DNA of 64,000 nucleotides from an uncultured Candidatus Rokubacteria bacterium (GTDB lineage: Bacteria; Methylomirabilota; Methylomirabilia; Rokubacteriales; CSP1-6): assembly GCA_963789955.1 (NCBI GenBank), contig CAWBMV010000037.1, forward strand, positions 192,001 to 256,000, read 5' to 3'. Every line of letters starts with the position of its first letter. The first letter of the stretch is position 1. Shown piece after piece: positions 42,335-53,759 of this stretch. The translations under genes and the position numbers were made by a program. A model generated the notes under the pieces. That model was not told where the DNA came from. It made no database searches and was given only the letters and a program-made list of their open reading frames with translations.

Positions 42335-42606
42335 GACGACAAAATCGCACGGTCTGACGCGGGCTCACGAGCGCGCCGCCGGAAATATGACGGTCCATTC
42401 GTCCACGGAGAGCACAGCCACGTAGAATCCCGGATTCCACGCGGGTCCGACCCGCGCCGCAGCGTCGCTCACGCCTTTTTCGCGGACAAACGAGACCTTG
42501 ACACTGAATTCACGCCGCTCGTAAGGTTGGCGGGCGATGTCACCTGTTCAGTTCAACGCTGCACTGCGGTCGCTTCGACCGGCGTTCTCTGGAGGTAAGG
42601 CACACG

Positions 42607-42852
42607 ATGGACGGCAGTAGCAGGAAGCCACTCGCAAAGGTGGAGGGCCGCCGACGTCTGCGGCTCAGCGGCGTGACCGTCGCCTATCGCGGCACGCCGA
42701 ATCTCGATGACTGGGTGGCGTACATCGTGAACGGAACCCGGTCCAAGAAGCTGATCCTGGCCGACCACTCGTCGGAGCGCAAAGTGAAGTCGCTCCTGTC
42801 GCGCCTGCAGACCCTGCCGAAGAAGGAAATCGAGAAGCTCGCCAAGAGCTAG
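42607..42852 (+). CDS. Small basic hypothetical protein
   Basis: GGAGG RBS, 81 aa, K/R-rich. Confidence 0.7.
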   Translation: MDGSSRKPLAKVEGRRRLRLSGVTVAYRGTPNLDDWVAYIVNGTRSKKLILADHSSERKVKSLLSRLQTLPKKEIEKLAKS

Positions 42853-43523
42853 ATCACGCCACGCTCGGCAAGGCTGACGAACCGTCCGCGCCCGATCACC
42901 AGGTGATCGTGGATACGCAGGTCGAGGAGGCGCGCGCACTCGACCAGCTGGCGGGTGAGCCGGATATCTTCACGGCTCGGCGTGGGGTCGCCGCTCGGAT
43001 GATTGTGGAGCAGGATCACCGACGCGGCCGACTCGAGGATCGCGGGCTTGAACACGTCCCGCGGGTGCACGAGGCTCGCCGACAACGTCCCCTGTGAGAT
43101 CACGCGGTCGTGAAGCAGACCGTTCTGCGCGTCCAGCAGCGCGATCCGGAACACTTCGCGCCTGAGATCTTCCATCAGCGGCCCGTAGGCCGCGTAGACC
43201 TCGGCCGGACCCGACAGGGTCACCCGCGCGCCCGGGACCCGCGCCCGGAGGCGCCGGGTCAGCTCGAACGCCGCGACCAGCCGCGCGGCCTTGGCGGGCC
43301 CGACGCCTGACAGCTTCGTGAGCTCCGCGACCTCGCGGCCGGCCACGTCGGCCAGCGAGCCGTAGGCGGCGAGCATCTCGCGGGCGACCTCGATCGCGCT
43401 CTTGCCCCGAACACCCGAGCCGAGCTGAATGGCGAGCAGCTCCGCGTCGGCGAGCGCCTCGGGCCCGTTCCAGTAGAGCCGCTCGCGCGGGCGGTCCGTC
43501 TCGGCCGAGCGCTCGAGAGCCAT
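42849..43523 (-). CDS. radC: RadC/JAB-domain protein
   Basis: RPRERL, HhH motif, VHPRDVF, HNHPSGDPTPSRED, DH. Confidence 0.93.
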   Translation of the reverse strand: MALERSAETDRPRERLYWNGPEALADAELLAIQLGSGVRGKSAIEVAREMLAAYGSLADVAGREVAELTKLSGVGPAKAARLVAAFELTRRLRARVPGARVTLSGPAEVYAAYGPLMEDLRREVFRIALLDAQNGLLHDRVISQGTLSASLVHPRDVFKPAILESAASVILLHNHPSGDPTPSREDIRLTRQLVECARLLDLRIHDHLVIGRGRFVSLAERGVI

Positions 43524-43581
43524 GCCACTGTCGTACGCGAGGCCGCGTACGACGGTCAATGCGCGGCTTCTGATACGCCGC

Positions 43582-44004
43582 TCAGCCGCGGATCGTGATC
43601 GTCCGAGGCTCGTCGCCGACGCCGGCGATGTGCACGTGGACCGCGTCGGGCGGCAGCAGCGGCGCGAGCTTGTCGGCCCACTCGATGAGCGTCACCCCCT
43701 CGCCGCCGACCATCTCGAGAAGCCCGAGGTCCATGAGCTCGGTCATGCTATCGGTCCGGTAGGCGTCGACGTGGTGGATGGGGACGCGGCCCTTGTACTC
43801 GTTGACCAGCACGAAGGTCGGGCTGGTCGCGCGGATCGTGGCGCCGAGGCCCCGCACCAGTCCCTGCACGAAGCAGGTCTTGCCGGCGCCGAGCTCGCCG
43901 GTCAGCGCGACGACCGCGCCGGGTCCGAGCGTGCGGCCGAGGCGCTCGCCGGCGGCCTCGGTCGCCTCGGCGCTCGCGCTGACGATCTCAACCGCCGTCG
44001 CCAC
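43582..44004 (-). CDS. tsaE: tRNA t6A biosynthesis ATPase
   Basis: GELGAGKT, SPTF, HVDAYR, IEW. Confidence 0.93.
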   Translation of the reverse strand: MATAVEIVSASAEATEAAGERLGRTLGPGAVVALTGELGAGKTCFVQGLVRGLGATIRATSPTFVLVNEYKGRVPIHHVDAYRTDSMTELMDLGLLEMVGGEGVTLIEWADKLAPLLPPDAVHVHIAGVGDEPRTITIRG

Positions 44005-45551
44005 GGAGCCTCTTGAAGGCCTCGGGAAGGGCCGCGATGACGTCCCGCGCGACCAGCGACTCTTCGCCGACGCGCTCGGCGGCGATGTCACCCGCGCTCC
44101 CGTGCAGGTACACGCTCGCGCACATCGCCGCCGCGGGCTCCATGCCGCGCGCCAGGCACGCGCCGAGCACGCCGGTGAGCACGTCGCCGGTGCCGCCGCT
44201 CGCCATCCCGGGATTGCCGGTCGGATTCACGAAGACGCGTCCGTCGGGCGTGGCGATCACGCTGCGCGCGCCCTTGAGGACGATGTAGACGCGGTGGCGC
44301 GTCGCGAACTCGCGGGTGGTCTCGATCCGATCGCGCTGGATCTCGTCCACGCGCGCGCCCAGCATTCGCGCCATCTCCCCCGGGTGGGGCGTGAGACAGC
44401 GCGCGGACGGCGCATCGCGCAGCACGTCGAGGTGGCCGGCCAGCGCGCTCAGGCCGTCGGCGTCGATCACCATGGGCTGGCGGAGCTCGCGCGCCAGGCT
44501 GCGGACGACCTGCACCGTCTCGCCATCGAGGCCGATCCCCGGCCCGATCGCCACGGCGTCGCGCGAGCCGGCGAGCTCGACGATCGCCTCGCGCGCCTGT
44601 CAGGGCGAGCGTGCGCGCGGAGGTCTCCGGCAGCGGCTCGGTCATCGCTTCGAGCACGAGGCTCGCGACAATCGGCTGCTGGCTCACCGGTGTCGCCACC
44701 GTGACGAGCCCGACGCCGCTGCGCATCGCCGCCATCGCTCCGAGCGCCGCCGCACCGGTCTTGCCGAGCGAGCCCGCCACCAGGAGCAGGTGGCCGTAGG
44801 TCCCCTTGTGTCCCGCGCGCGGCCGCCGCGGGAAGTGGCGGGCGACGTCATCCGGCTCGAGCAGGAACGTCGTGACTTCGCGCGTGACCTCGTGGTCGGG
44901 GACGCCGATCGGGACCACCGTCACCCGCCCGGCCATCTCGTCGCCGGGTGACGTCACCAGCCCGCGCTTGAGCCCGGCGAACGTCAGGGTCATCGCGGCT
45001 CGAATCACCGCACCGGCGTGCGCACCGGTGTTCGCCGAGAGCCCCGAGGGAATGTCGAGGGCGACGACGGGGCGGCCGCTGGCGTTGATCAGCTCGATCG
45101 CCCGCGCGACCTTGCCTTCCGGCACGCCTCGGGATCCCGTTCCGAGGAGCGCGTCGACGACGAGGTGCGCGCGGGCGAGGACGTCGGCCGAGGCGCGGTC
45201 GCCGGTGAAGGGCCGGGGCCGGATCCCGGCGCGCCGGAGCTCCTCGAGCTTACGTCCGGCGTCGCCCCCTACATCGGCCGCCGCGGAGACCAGCAGCACC
45301 GTCGGGCGCGCGCCGTGGCGCTTGAGCCAGCGGGCCGCGACGAAGCCGTCACCGCCGTTGCCTCCCTTGCCGCAGACGATCACGACTCTCGCCCCGCGGC
45401 GCGGAGCGCCCAGCGCCGGGAGCGCGGCGACGATCGCCTCGGCGGCGCCGCGGCCGGCGTTTTCCATGAGGGTGGCGCCCGGGATGCCGAGCTCGGTGAT
45501 CGCCCGCTGATCGAGCCGCCGCATGTCCTCGGCGGTGAAGACGCCCAGCAC
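43988..45551 (-). CDS. nnr: Bifunctional NAD(P)HX epimerase/dehydratase (frameshifted)
   Basis: LMENAG, GNGGDG, DIPSG; TPHPGEM, GGTGDVL. Confidence 0.92.
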
Positions 45552-45553
45552 GG

Positions 45554-46336
45554 TTATCTCCCGGCGGGAAGCGGGACCGCCTGGACGAGGAAGTCGGCGA
45601 GGATGGCCACGTAGATCTCGCGCCAGTCGGTGCGCGCGGCCTTGGGCAGCTCGACGTGCAGCGCGCGACTCGTCACTCTCAGGATGCCGTCGCGCTTGGC
45701 GCTCGACGCGGCGTAGCGCAAGGTGTTGGCCGGCTCGACGAAGATCTCGAGGCGCGGCGCCTCCCGATTCGCGCGCAGGTGGGCATCGCGAATCAGCTCC
45801 AGGAGTGTCCGCAGCCGCAGGGCCTCGTCGCGATCGACGCCCACCGTCGCGATCTCGATCCGGTCGGCGACCTCGCGGTGGTTGTTGCCGTGGATCTCGA
45901 CGTAGAAGATCAGCGGCCCCTGAGCCACCTCACGAACCTGGTGCTCATATGCCCGGTACACCTGGCGGGCGCCTTCGCTGGCGACTTCTTCGGATGCCGG
46001 ACGGCCGGGCGTGCCCTCGAAGGGCCGGTTGACCTGATAGCGCCTGCCGGGGCTCTCGCGGGAGTCGAGCTCGAGGTTGAAGCCGGTGGCGACGACGACG
46101 CCGAACCCGGTGCGCCGCCCGAGCTCGGTCGCGATCTCGCCGGTCCGCGCGTCCGAGGTGCCGTGCGGCGCCGCGATCACCAGACCCGGCCGTCCATTCT
46201 GCGCCGAGATCTTCCCCGGCAGACCATCGAGATCCAGACGTGCGCTCCCGGAGGTCGCGCAGCCGGATACGACGAACGATCCGAGCGCCAAGCTAGTCGC
46301 CCACCAGAATCGCCTGCGCGAGCGCATAGTCACCAT
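45554..46336 (-). CDS. Hypothetical lipoprotein with metallo-amidohydrolase-like motifs
   Basis: VSGC lipobox; IAAPHGTSD, EIHG, HVE. Confidence 0.6.
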   Translation of the reverse strand: MVTMRSRRRFWWATSLALGSFVVSGCATSGSARLDLDGLPGKISAQNGRPGLVIAAPHGTSDARTGEIATELGRRTGFGVVVATGFNLELDSRESPGRRYQVNRPFEGTPGRPASEEVASEGARQVYRAYEHQVREVAQGPLIFYVEIHGNNHREVADRIEIATVGVDRDEALRLRTLLELIRDAHLRANREAPRLEIFVEPANTLRYAASSAKRDGILRVTSRALHVELPKAARTDWREIYVAILADFLVQAVPLPAGR

Positions 46337-46676
46337 CGTGGGTCAGCGAGAGCAGGATCCGGCTCCCGCCCTTGACCAGGCCGATCTCCCTGGCGCGTCC
46401 CGACAGGACGAGGGTCGGCGCTTCCTCACGCTCGCGACGCACCTCGAGCTCCCGCCAGCGCACGCCCATCTGGAGCCCGGTGCCCAGCGCCTTGAACCCC
46501 GCCTCCTTCGCGGCGAACCGTGCCGCGAAGTGAGGCGCCGGATCGCGGCGAGCACGACAGTAAATGATTTCGTCGTCCGTGAACACACGCTCGACGAAGC
46601 GGTCCTGCCAGCGATCGATCGTCGTGCGCATCCTGGGGATGCTGACGAGATCGACGCCGAGTCCGGTGATCCTCAC
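46293..46676 (-). CDS. acpS: Holo-ACP synthase
   Basis: GLGVDLV, ARFAAKEA, LSLTHD. Confidence 0.93.
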   Translation of the reverse strand: MRITGLGVDLVSIPRMRTTIDRWQDRFVERVFTDDEIIYCRARRDPAPHFAARFAAKEAGFKALGTGLQMGVRWRELEVRREREEAPTLVLSGRAREIGLVKGGSRILLSLTHDGDYALAQAILVGD

Positions 46677-48025
46677 CGGTCGCCGATGTGCGTGCGGATG
46701 AGCCCGGCGAGCTCGTCGGCCATCGCCTGGATGCGAGCGCCGTCGGCGCCCTCGATCATCACCCGGGCGAGCGACTCGGTGCCGGAATACCTGATGAGGA
46801 CCCGACCCCGGCCGCTCATCTCCTGCTCGAACGCCGCCCGCCGCTCGGCGACCCCGTCGAGGGAGTCGATCGGCGGCTTGGAGCGCACGGGAACGTTGAT
46901 GAGCACCTGGGGAAACTTGGTGAGGCAGGCCGCCAGCGCCGCCAGAGGCTCGCCGGTCTCGACGGCCACGCCGAGCAGGGCGAGAGCGGAGAGGATGCCG
47001 TCCCCCGTCGGCGCGTGGTCGAGGAACAGGAGATGGCCGGACTGCTCGCCCCCGAGATTCGCACCGAGCCGCTGCATCTCCTCGGACACGTAGCGGTCGC
47101 CGACCTGCGTCTTGACCACGCGGATCCCGCCGGCCTCGAGGGCCTGGTCGAGGCCCAGGTTGGCCATGACCGTGGTCACCACGATGTTCTGCTTCAGGCG
47201 CTGGCGCGAGGCCATGTGCCGTCCGGCGATCGCGAGGGCGTAGTCGCCGTCTCGGATCTCGCCGGCGTGGTCGACCGAGATGAGCCGGTCGCCGTCGCCG
47301 TCGAACGCGAAGCCGATCGACGCGCCGCCGGCACGCACCTTCTTCTGGAGCTTCTCGGGATGGAGCGCGCCGAAGCCGGCGTTGATGTTGATGCCGTCCG
47401 GCCGCGCGCCGATGGTCAGCACCCGGGCGCCGAGCCGGCGGAACACGCGGGGCGCCACGCGGTAGGTCGCGCCGTGGGCGCAGTCGAGCGCGATCGTGAC
47501 CATGCTCAGATCGAGCGGGAAGCAGCTGCACAGGAACTCGACGTACTCGGTCTCGGCCTGGTCGTAGTCGACGAGCTCGCCGATCTTCGCGCCGCGCGCG
47601 CGGGGCGCGCGATCCGGAGCGGCGAGCCGCTGCTCGATCTCGGCCTCCCACGCGTCCGGGAACTTGGTGCCTTCCGAGGAGAACAGCTTGATGCCGTTGT
47701 CCGCGAAGGGGTTGTGCGAGGCGCTGAGCACGATGCCGCCGTGAGCCTGGAGACGCCGCGTCAGCAGCGCGATCCCTGGTGTCGGGAGCACACCGACAGA
47801 AAAGCAATCGGCACCGGAGGATAGCGCCCCGGAGATCAGGGCCGTCTCGAGGAGCGGACCCGAGCGCCGCGTGTCGCGACCGATCACGATCCGGGCGTGA
47901 CTGACGCCGTGGTCGACCTGGAGCGTCGCGACGAGCTGGCGGCCCACGCGAAACGCCAGCTCCGGGGTCAGGGGCTCTTCGTTCGCGACACCGCGGATAC
48001 CGTCCGTACCGAACAGACGCGTCAT
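46673..48025 (-). CDS. glmM: Phosphoglucosamine mutase
   Basis: LFGTDGIRG, SASHNP, DGDGDR, GGEQSGH. Confidence 0.95.
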   Translation of the reverse strand: MTRLFGTDGIRGVANEEPLTPELAFRVGRQLVATLQVDHGVSHARIVIGRDTRRSGPLLETALISGALSSGADCFSVGVLPTPGIALLTRRLQAHGGIVLSASHNPFADNGIKLFSSEGTKFPDAWEAEIEQRLAAPDRAPRARGAKIGELVDYDQAETEYVEFLCSCFPLDLSMVTIALDCAHGATYRVAPRVFRRLGARVLTIGARPDGININAGFGALHPEKLQKKVRAGGASIGFAFDGDGDRLISVDHAGEIRDGDYALAIAGRHMASRQRLKQNIVVTTVMANLGLDQALEAGGIRVVKTQVGDRYVSEEMQRLGANLGGEQSGHLLFLDHAPTGDGILSALALLGVAVETGEPLAALAACLTKFPQVLINVPVRSKPPIDSLDGVAERRAAFEQEMSGRGRVLIRYSGTESLARVMIEGADGARIQAMADELAGLIRTHIGDR

Positions 48026-48927
48026 CGAGCGCTCATTTCCTGGACTCGCCTCACACGGTGGGACCCTCCGTCCATTATAGGGCGGCCCCTGCCCGCCGAA
48101 TGCGTTCGACGACGCGGACGGCGTCGTAGCGTTTCGGTCACGTCGTGGGCGCGGATGAGGGACGCGCCGTTCCACACCGCCACCGCGGTCGCGGCCAGCG
48201 ACGCCGCCAGCCGGTCCTCGGGTGCCGGACGGCCTATGATCGCGCCGAGAAAAGACTTTCTCGACACACCCACGCAGAGCGGGCGCCCCAGACCCTGAAG
48301 CTCGCCGAGCCCCGCCAGCACTGTCGCGTCCCATTCGTCCCATGCGATCCCTTCGTCCCTGAAGAACCCGATCCCGGGATCGAGAACGACCTGCTCGTCA
48401 GAAATCCCTGCGTCACGGGCACGTTGGAGCGCTTGGTTGAGAAGCGACTTCACCGCCGGCACGGGCGGCAAGCCGGACGGCGCACCCGTGGGAAAGGCCA
48501 TCAGGATGGCGCCGGCGCGACGCTCGCAGACCAGGGTCGCGACCTCCGGGTCGCGGAGGCCGGAGACGTCGTTGATGATGCGCGCCCCGGCGTCTAGCGC
48601 GGCACGAGCCGGTCCGGGGCGGGTCGTATCGGCCGAGATCGGCACGGGCACCTTCGCCGCCAAGGTCTCCACCGCCCGGGCCAGGCGCTCCCGCTCGTCA
48701 CGGTCGCTGACCGTCGCGGTGCCGTAGGGCGCCGTGGAGCGCGCACCGACGTCGATCAAGGTGGCGCCCGCGTCGACCATGGCGAGCGCGGCCGCGAGAA
48801 GATCCGCGCCTTCGGTGTGGACGGAACCGGGGTGAAAGGACTCGGGACTCACATTGAGGGCGCCCATGACGGCCACCGGGACACCACGACCGAGGGTCAC
48901 TCCAGCGAGGAGGGCTCGATGGGTCAT
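48022..48927 (-). CDS. folP: Dihydropteroate synthase (3' end probably frameshifted)
   Basis: MGALNVSPESF, INDVSG, DPGIGF, GVSRKSF, IRAHDV. Confidence 0.92.
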   Translation of the reverse strand: MTHRALLAGVTLGRGVPVAVMGALNVSPESFHPGSVHTEGADLLAAALAMVDAGATLIDVGARSTAPYGTATVSDRDERERLARAVETLAAKVPVPISADTTRPGPARAALDAGARIINDVSGLRDPEVATLVCERRAGAILMAFPTGAPSGLPPVPAVKSLLNQALQRARDAGISDEQVVLDPGIGFFRDEGIAWDEWDATVLAGLGELQGLGRPLCVGVSRKSFLGAIIGRPAPEDRLAASLAATAVAVWNGASLIRAHDVTETLRRRPRRRTHSAGRGRPIMDGGSHRVRRVQEMSAR

Positions 48928-48942
48928 CGAGCCGCGGCGCCT

Positions 48943-50762
48943 CTATGCGGGCGCGCCGGCTTCCTGAAGGGGACGCGTACGCAGGATGCGGGCGATCTCC
49001 TCACCGTCGAGGGTCTCCCGCTCCAGCAGGGCGCGCGCGAGCGCGTGCAGCTTCTCGATGTTGTCCTGGAGGATTTGCTTGGCGCGGCCCGCGGCCTCCA
49101 GGACGATCCGCTTGATCTCCGAGTCGATGACGAGGGCGGTGTCTTCGCTGTAGTCCTTCGCCCGGGCGACCTCGCGGCCGAGGAAGATGTGCTCCTCGTT
49201 CTTGCCGAAGGTCAGAGGCCCGAGCTTGTCGGACATGCCCCACTCGCAGATCATCTTGCGGGCCATCTCGGTGGCCTTTTCGAGGTCGTCGCCCGCGCCG
49301 GTGGTCTGCTGGTTCAGCACGATCTCTTCGGCGGCGCGCCCGCCGAGCAGGATCGTGATGCGGTTGACCAGGTAGTCCTTCGAGTAGTTGTACTTGTCGT
49401 CGACCGGCAGCTGCTGGGTCAGGCCGAGGGCCCGGCCGCGCGGGATGATCGTCACCTTGTGGACGGGATCGGTGCCCGGGCAGCACGTCGGCCACGAGCG
49501 TATGGCCGGCCTCGTGGTACGCGATCGTCCGCTTCTCGACGTCGCTGATGATCATCGAGCGGCGCTCGACGCCCATCAGGACCTTGTCCTTGGCGCTCTC
49601 GAAGTCGGACATCTCGACGAGCTTCTTGTTCATGCCGCGCCGCGAGGAGCGCCGCCTCGTTGACCAGGTTCGCCAGGTCCGCGCCCGAGAAGCCGGGCGT
49701 TCCGCGGGCGAGCACCTTGAGCTCGACGTTGGGCGCCAGCGGGATCCGGCGAGCGTGGACGCGGAGGATCTCCTCGCGCCCCTTCACGTCGGGCCGCGGC
49801 ACGACCACCTGACGATCGAATCGTCCGGGCCGGAGCAGCGCGGGGTCGAGCACGTCGGGCCGGTTGGTGGCGGCGATCAGGATGACGCCTTCGTTCGTCT
49901 CGAAACCGTCCATCTCGACCAGGAGCTGGTTCAGGGTCTGCTCCCGCTCGTCGTGGCCGCCGCCGAGCCCGGCGCCGCGATGGCGCCCGACCGCGTCGAT
50001 CTCGTCCATGAAGATGATGCAGGGCGCGTGCTTCTTGCCCTGCTCGAAGAGGTCGCGCACCCGGGAGGCGCCGACGCCCACGAACATCTCGACGAAGTCC
50101 GAGCCGGAGATCGAGAAGAACGGCACGTTCGCCTCGCCGGCGATGGCCTTGGCGAGCAGGGTCTTGCCGGTGCCGGGAGGCCCGACGAGCAGGACGCCCT
50201 TCGGGATCTTGCCACCGAGCTTCTGGAACTTCTGAGGATCCTTCAGGAAGTCGATGATCTCGCGGAGCTCTTCCTTGGCCTCGTCGACCCCGGCGACGTC
50301 CTGGAACGTGACCTTGTTCTGCTTCTCGGAGATCATCCGCGCCCGCGCCTTGCCGAAGGACAGCGCCTTGGCGCCGCCGCCCTGCATCTGGCGCATGAAG
50401 AAGATCCAGACCCCGATGAACAGCAGCATCGGCACCCACTGCAGGAAGATCGAGTACCAGGGGGTGGCGTCCGGCGGCTTCACCGCGATGCGGACGCCGC
50501 GATCCTTGAGCGTCTTGATCAGCTCCGGGTACTCGACGATGTAGGTGCGCTGCGTCTGCGCCGAGTCCTTGAGCGAGTAGGTGACGAGGTTGCCGCGGAT
50601 GACGACCGACTCGACCCGGCCCTGGTCGACGGCCTTGAGGAACTCCGAGAAGTTCGGCTGCTCCTGGCGCTCCTGCTGCGCGCCCTGGAACACCGTGAAC
50701 AGGAGGATGACGATGAGGCCGATCACCATCCAGAGCGCGAGGTTCTTGTAGACCTGGTTCAT
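48943..50762 (-). CDS. ftsH: ATP-dependent zinc metalloprotease FtsH (frameshifted)
   Basis: [24 protein letters not shown]. Confidence 0.96.
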
Positions 50763-50808
50763 ACCGGCCCGCTCAGTATAGCACCGGCAACGACGATGGA
50801 GCGACGCG

Positions 50809-51339
50809 TCAGATCCCGTCCAGCGTCGCGACGTACGGCAGGTTGCGGTAGAGCCCGTCGTAGTCGAGACCATAGCCCACCACGAACACGTTGGGGATCG
50901 TGAATCCGACGTAGTCGATGGAGACCTCGATCTCTCGCCGGCCGGTCTTGTCCAGGAGCACGCACGTGCGGACGCTGCGCGGCCCCCGCGCCTCGAGCGT
51001 GCGCTTGAGCGCCGCCAGGGTGTGCCCGGTGTCGACGATGTCGTCGACGATGAGCACGTGCCGGTCCGCGATGTCGATGCTCAGGTCGGTGACGAGCCGG
51101 ACCGAGCCCGACGACGTCGTCCCCGAGCCGTAGCTCGAGGTGCGCACGAAATCGACGGTGAGGTCGAGCGCCACCGCGCGCATGAGGTCGGCGACGAAGG
51201 GAATCGCGCCCTGGAGCACGCCGACCAGCACGAGATTCGTCGCGGCATAGTCGCGCGCGATCGCGCGGCCGAGCTCCGCGACGCGCGCCACGATCTCCTT
51301 TTCGGGGACCAGCGCGTGGCCCGGCCTGGGAGCCGGCAT
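50809..51339 (-). CDS. hpt: Hypoxanthine phosphoribosyltransferase
   Basis: [20 protein letters not shown]. Confidence 0.93.
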   Translation of the reverse strand: MPAPRPGHALVPEKEIVARVAELGRAIARDYAATNLVLVGVLQGAIPFVADLMRAVALDLTVDFVRTSSYGSGTTSSGSVRLVTDLSIDIADRHVLIVDDIVDTGHTLAALKRTLEARGPRSVRTCVLLDKTGRREIEVSIDYVGFTIPNVFVVGYGLDYDGLYRNLPYVATLDGI

Positions 51340-51340
51340 C

Positions 51341-51980
51341 CTACCGGGCGGTGACGAACGCCGAGAGCTTGCGCTCGCTCGCGACGATCTTGTCCGCGGC
51401 CAGCTGGGCGGCGTCGCGCGTGGCGAAGGAACCGACCCGCACGCGGTAGCGCACGCTGCCGCTCGCGTCGATCTCGGCGACGTACGCGTCGTGGCCCGCG
51501 GCGACGAGCCGTGCGCGCAACGCCTCGGCCGGCTCACGCGCCTTGTAGGCGCCCACCTGGATCGTGAACGCGCCGGGGCTCGACGCCGGCGCCTGCGGCT
51601 TCGGGCAGCGCCGCGCGCTCGGGCTTCGCCGCCTCGACATTCGCCGGCTTGTCGCTCTTGTCGGCGCGCCCGGGCTTCGCGGCTTTCGCCGGCGGGGGCG
51701 CGGTGAGCGGCGCGGTCAGATCCTGATAGAAGGTCAGGGCCGGACCCGGCTCGGCGGGGCGCGCGGTCTTGTCGCCGGGACGCGTCGCTTTGTCTCCCGC
51801 GCGCGCCGGCACGCTCTCTTTCTCGGCCGTGGTGCTCTGCGCGGGCTGGGTCCGCGGCCAGAACCGCCCGGCCATGACGCCGAGCACGAACGTCGCGCCG
51901 AGGACTCCGAGGCAGCCCACCACGAACAGCATCGAGGCGAGCCGACTCGGCGCGCGCCGGCCGCGTCCGCCCCGCATCAC
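51341..51980 (-). CDS. SPOR-domain cell division protein (frameshifted)
   Basis: TM helix, LTFYQDL, FTIQVGAY, YRVRVGSF; downstream of argS. Confidence 0.85.
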
Positions 51981-53663
51981 ATGCTCTCCGGCGCGCTCAC
52001 GCCCAGGAGGTCGAGGCCGTTCCGGACCACGGTCCCCACGGTGGCGCAGAGCGCCAGCCGCGCATTCATCAGGCGCGCGTCATCCTGGATCACCCGGTGG
52101 TTCTTGTACCAGGCGTGGAACTCGGACGCGAGCTGCTGCAGCCAGTAGGCGACGCGATGCGGCTCGAGCGCGCCGGTCGCGCCTCGGACGAGCTCGGGGA
52201 ACTGCAGGAGGCGCTTGATCAGCGCCAGATCCGCCGGCTCGACGAGCGGGCTCGTGTCGATGTCGGCCAGACGCGGAACGGTGATCCCCTGCTCCGCCGC
52301 CTGGCGGAAGATCGAGCGAATGCGCGCGTGCGCGTACTGCACGTAGTAGACGGGGTTGTCGCTCGACTGGCGAGTCGCCACGGCCAGGTCGAACTCCAGC
52401 GGGCTGTCGTGCCGGCGCGTGAGGAACGTGAAGCGGGCCGCGTCGCGGCCGACCTCCTCGAGCAATTCCTCCATCAGGACGAACTCGCCCCGCCGCTTCG
52501 ACATGCGCACGGGCTGGCCGTCGCGCAGCAGGGTCACCAGCTGGACGATCATCACCTCGAACGCCTCGGGCGGATGGCCGAGCGCCTGCATCGCGGCTTT
52601 CATCCGCGCGACGTATCCGTGATGGTCGGGCCCGAGCAGATTGATCAAGCGATCGGCGGCGGCGAACTTCACGTGCTCGTGATAGGCGATGTCCACCGCG
52701 AAGTAGGTCGGCTCGCCGCTCGAGCGCCGGAGCACCCGATCCTTGTCGTCGCCCACCTCTTCGCCGGACGAGCGGAACCAGAGCGCGCCGTCCTGCTCGT
52801 AGCTCAAGCCGCGCGCCGCGAACTCCCCCAGCACTTTCTCGGGCAGGTGCCGGTCGCGCACGTCGCGCTGCTCGGAGGACCAGACGTCGAACTCGACGCC
52901 GTACTCGCGCAGGATCCGGCGCTGCGCCTCGACCATGTGCGCGACCGCGTAGCGTCCGAAGTGCTCGATGCGCTCGCGCTCGGACGCACCGCTCATCACG
53001 CTCCCGCCCTCGGCGCGATAGGTCTTCGCGAGATCGACGAGATACTCACCGGGATAGCCGTTCTCGGGCAGCGCGCGCCGATTCGCCGAACTCCTGCCGC
53101 ACGCGCGCCTCGAACGAGCGCGCGAGCGCCTCGAACTGATTGCCCGCGTCGTTGACGTAAAACTCGGTCGTGACGGCGGCGCCCTGCGAGCGCAGCAGAC
53201 GCGCGAGCGCATCGCCGATCGCGGCCGCGCGCGCGTTGACGATCACGAGCGGGCCGGTCGGATTCGCGGAGACGAACTCGAGCCTGATGCGGCGACCCGC
53301 CTGGCTCTCACCGCGCCCGTAGCCGGCGCCGGCGGCGAGAATCTCGCGAAGCGCTCCGGCGCACCAGGCCGGCGCCAGAAACACGTTGAGGAAGCCGGGG
53401 CCCGCGACCTCGAGCTTCTCGACCTCGGCCATGGGCGGGAAGTTCTTCACGATGAGATCGGCGATCTGTCGGGGCGGGCGCTTCGCCGCGCGCGCGAGGA
53501 CCATCGGAGCGTTGGTGGCGTAGTCACCGTGCTCCGCCTGACGCGGAACCTCCCACGCACATTCCTCGGGCTCGGGCAGTCCGGCCTTCGCGAGGGCCGC
53601 CCGCACCCCACTCGTCAACCGATCGGTCAGTTGCACCTGCGCATCAGGGTACCCGCGTACCAC
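51977..53663 (-). CDS. argS: Arginine--tRNA ligase (frameshifted)
   Basis: HGDYATN, EFVSANPTGP, MSKRRG, YVQYAHAR. Confidence 0.95.
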
Positions 53664-53759
53664 CGCGTCGTGATGAAGAAAAATCGGGTCGTAGCACGAG
53701 CGTCAACCACGCGCCCTTGGCAAGGCGCTCGGCGGCGTGGTATTGAGCCACGAAGCGCC

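Noticed and set aside
43988..53663. Pseudogenisation or programmed frameshifting in nnr, folP, ftsH, SPOR and argS
   Set aside because: Single-base indels are spread across the whole window, including essential genes, which fits long-read consensus error.
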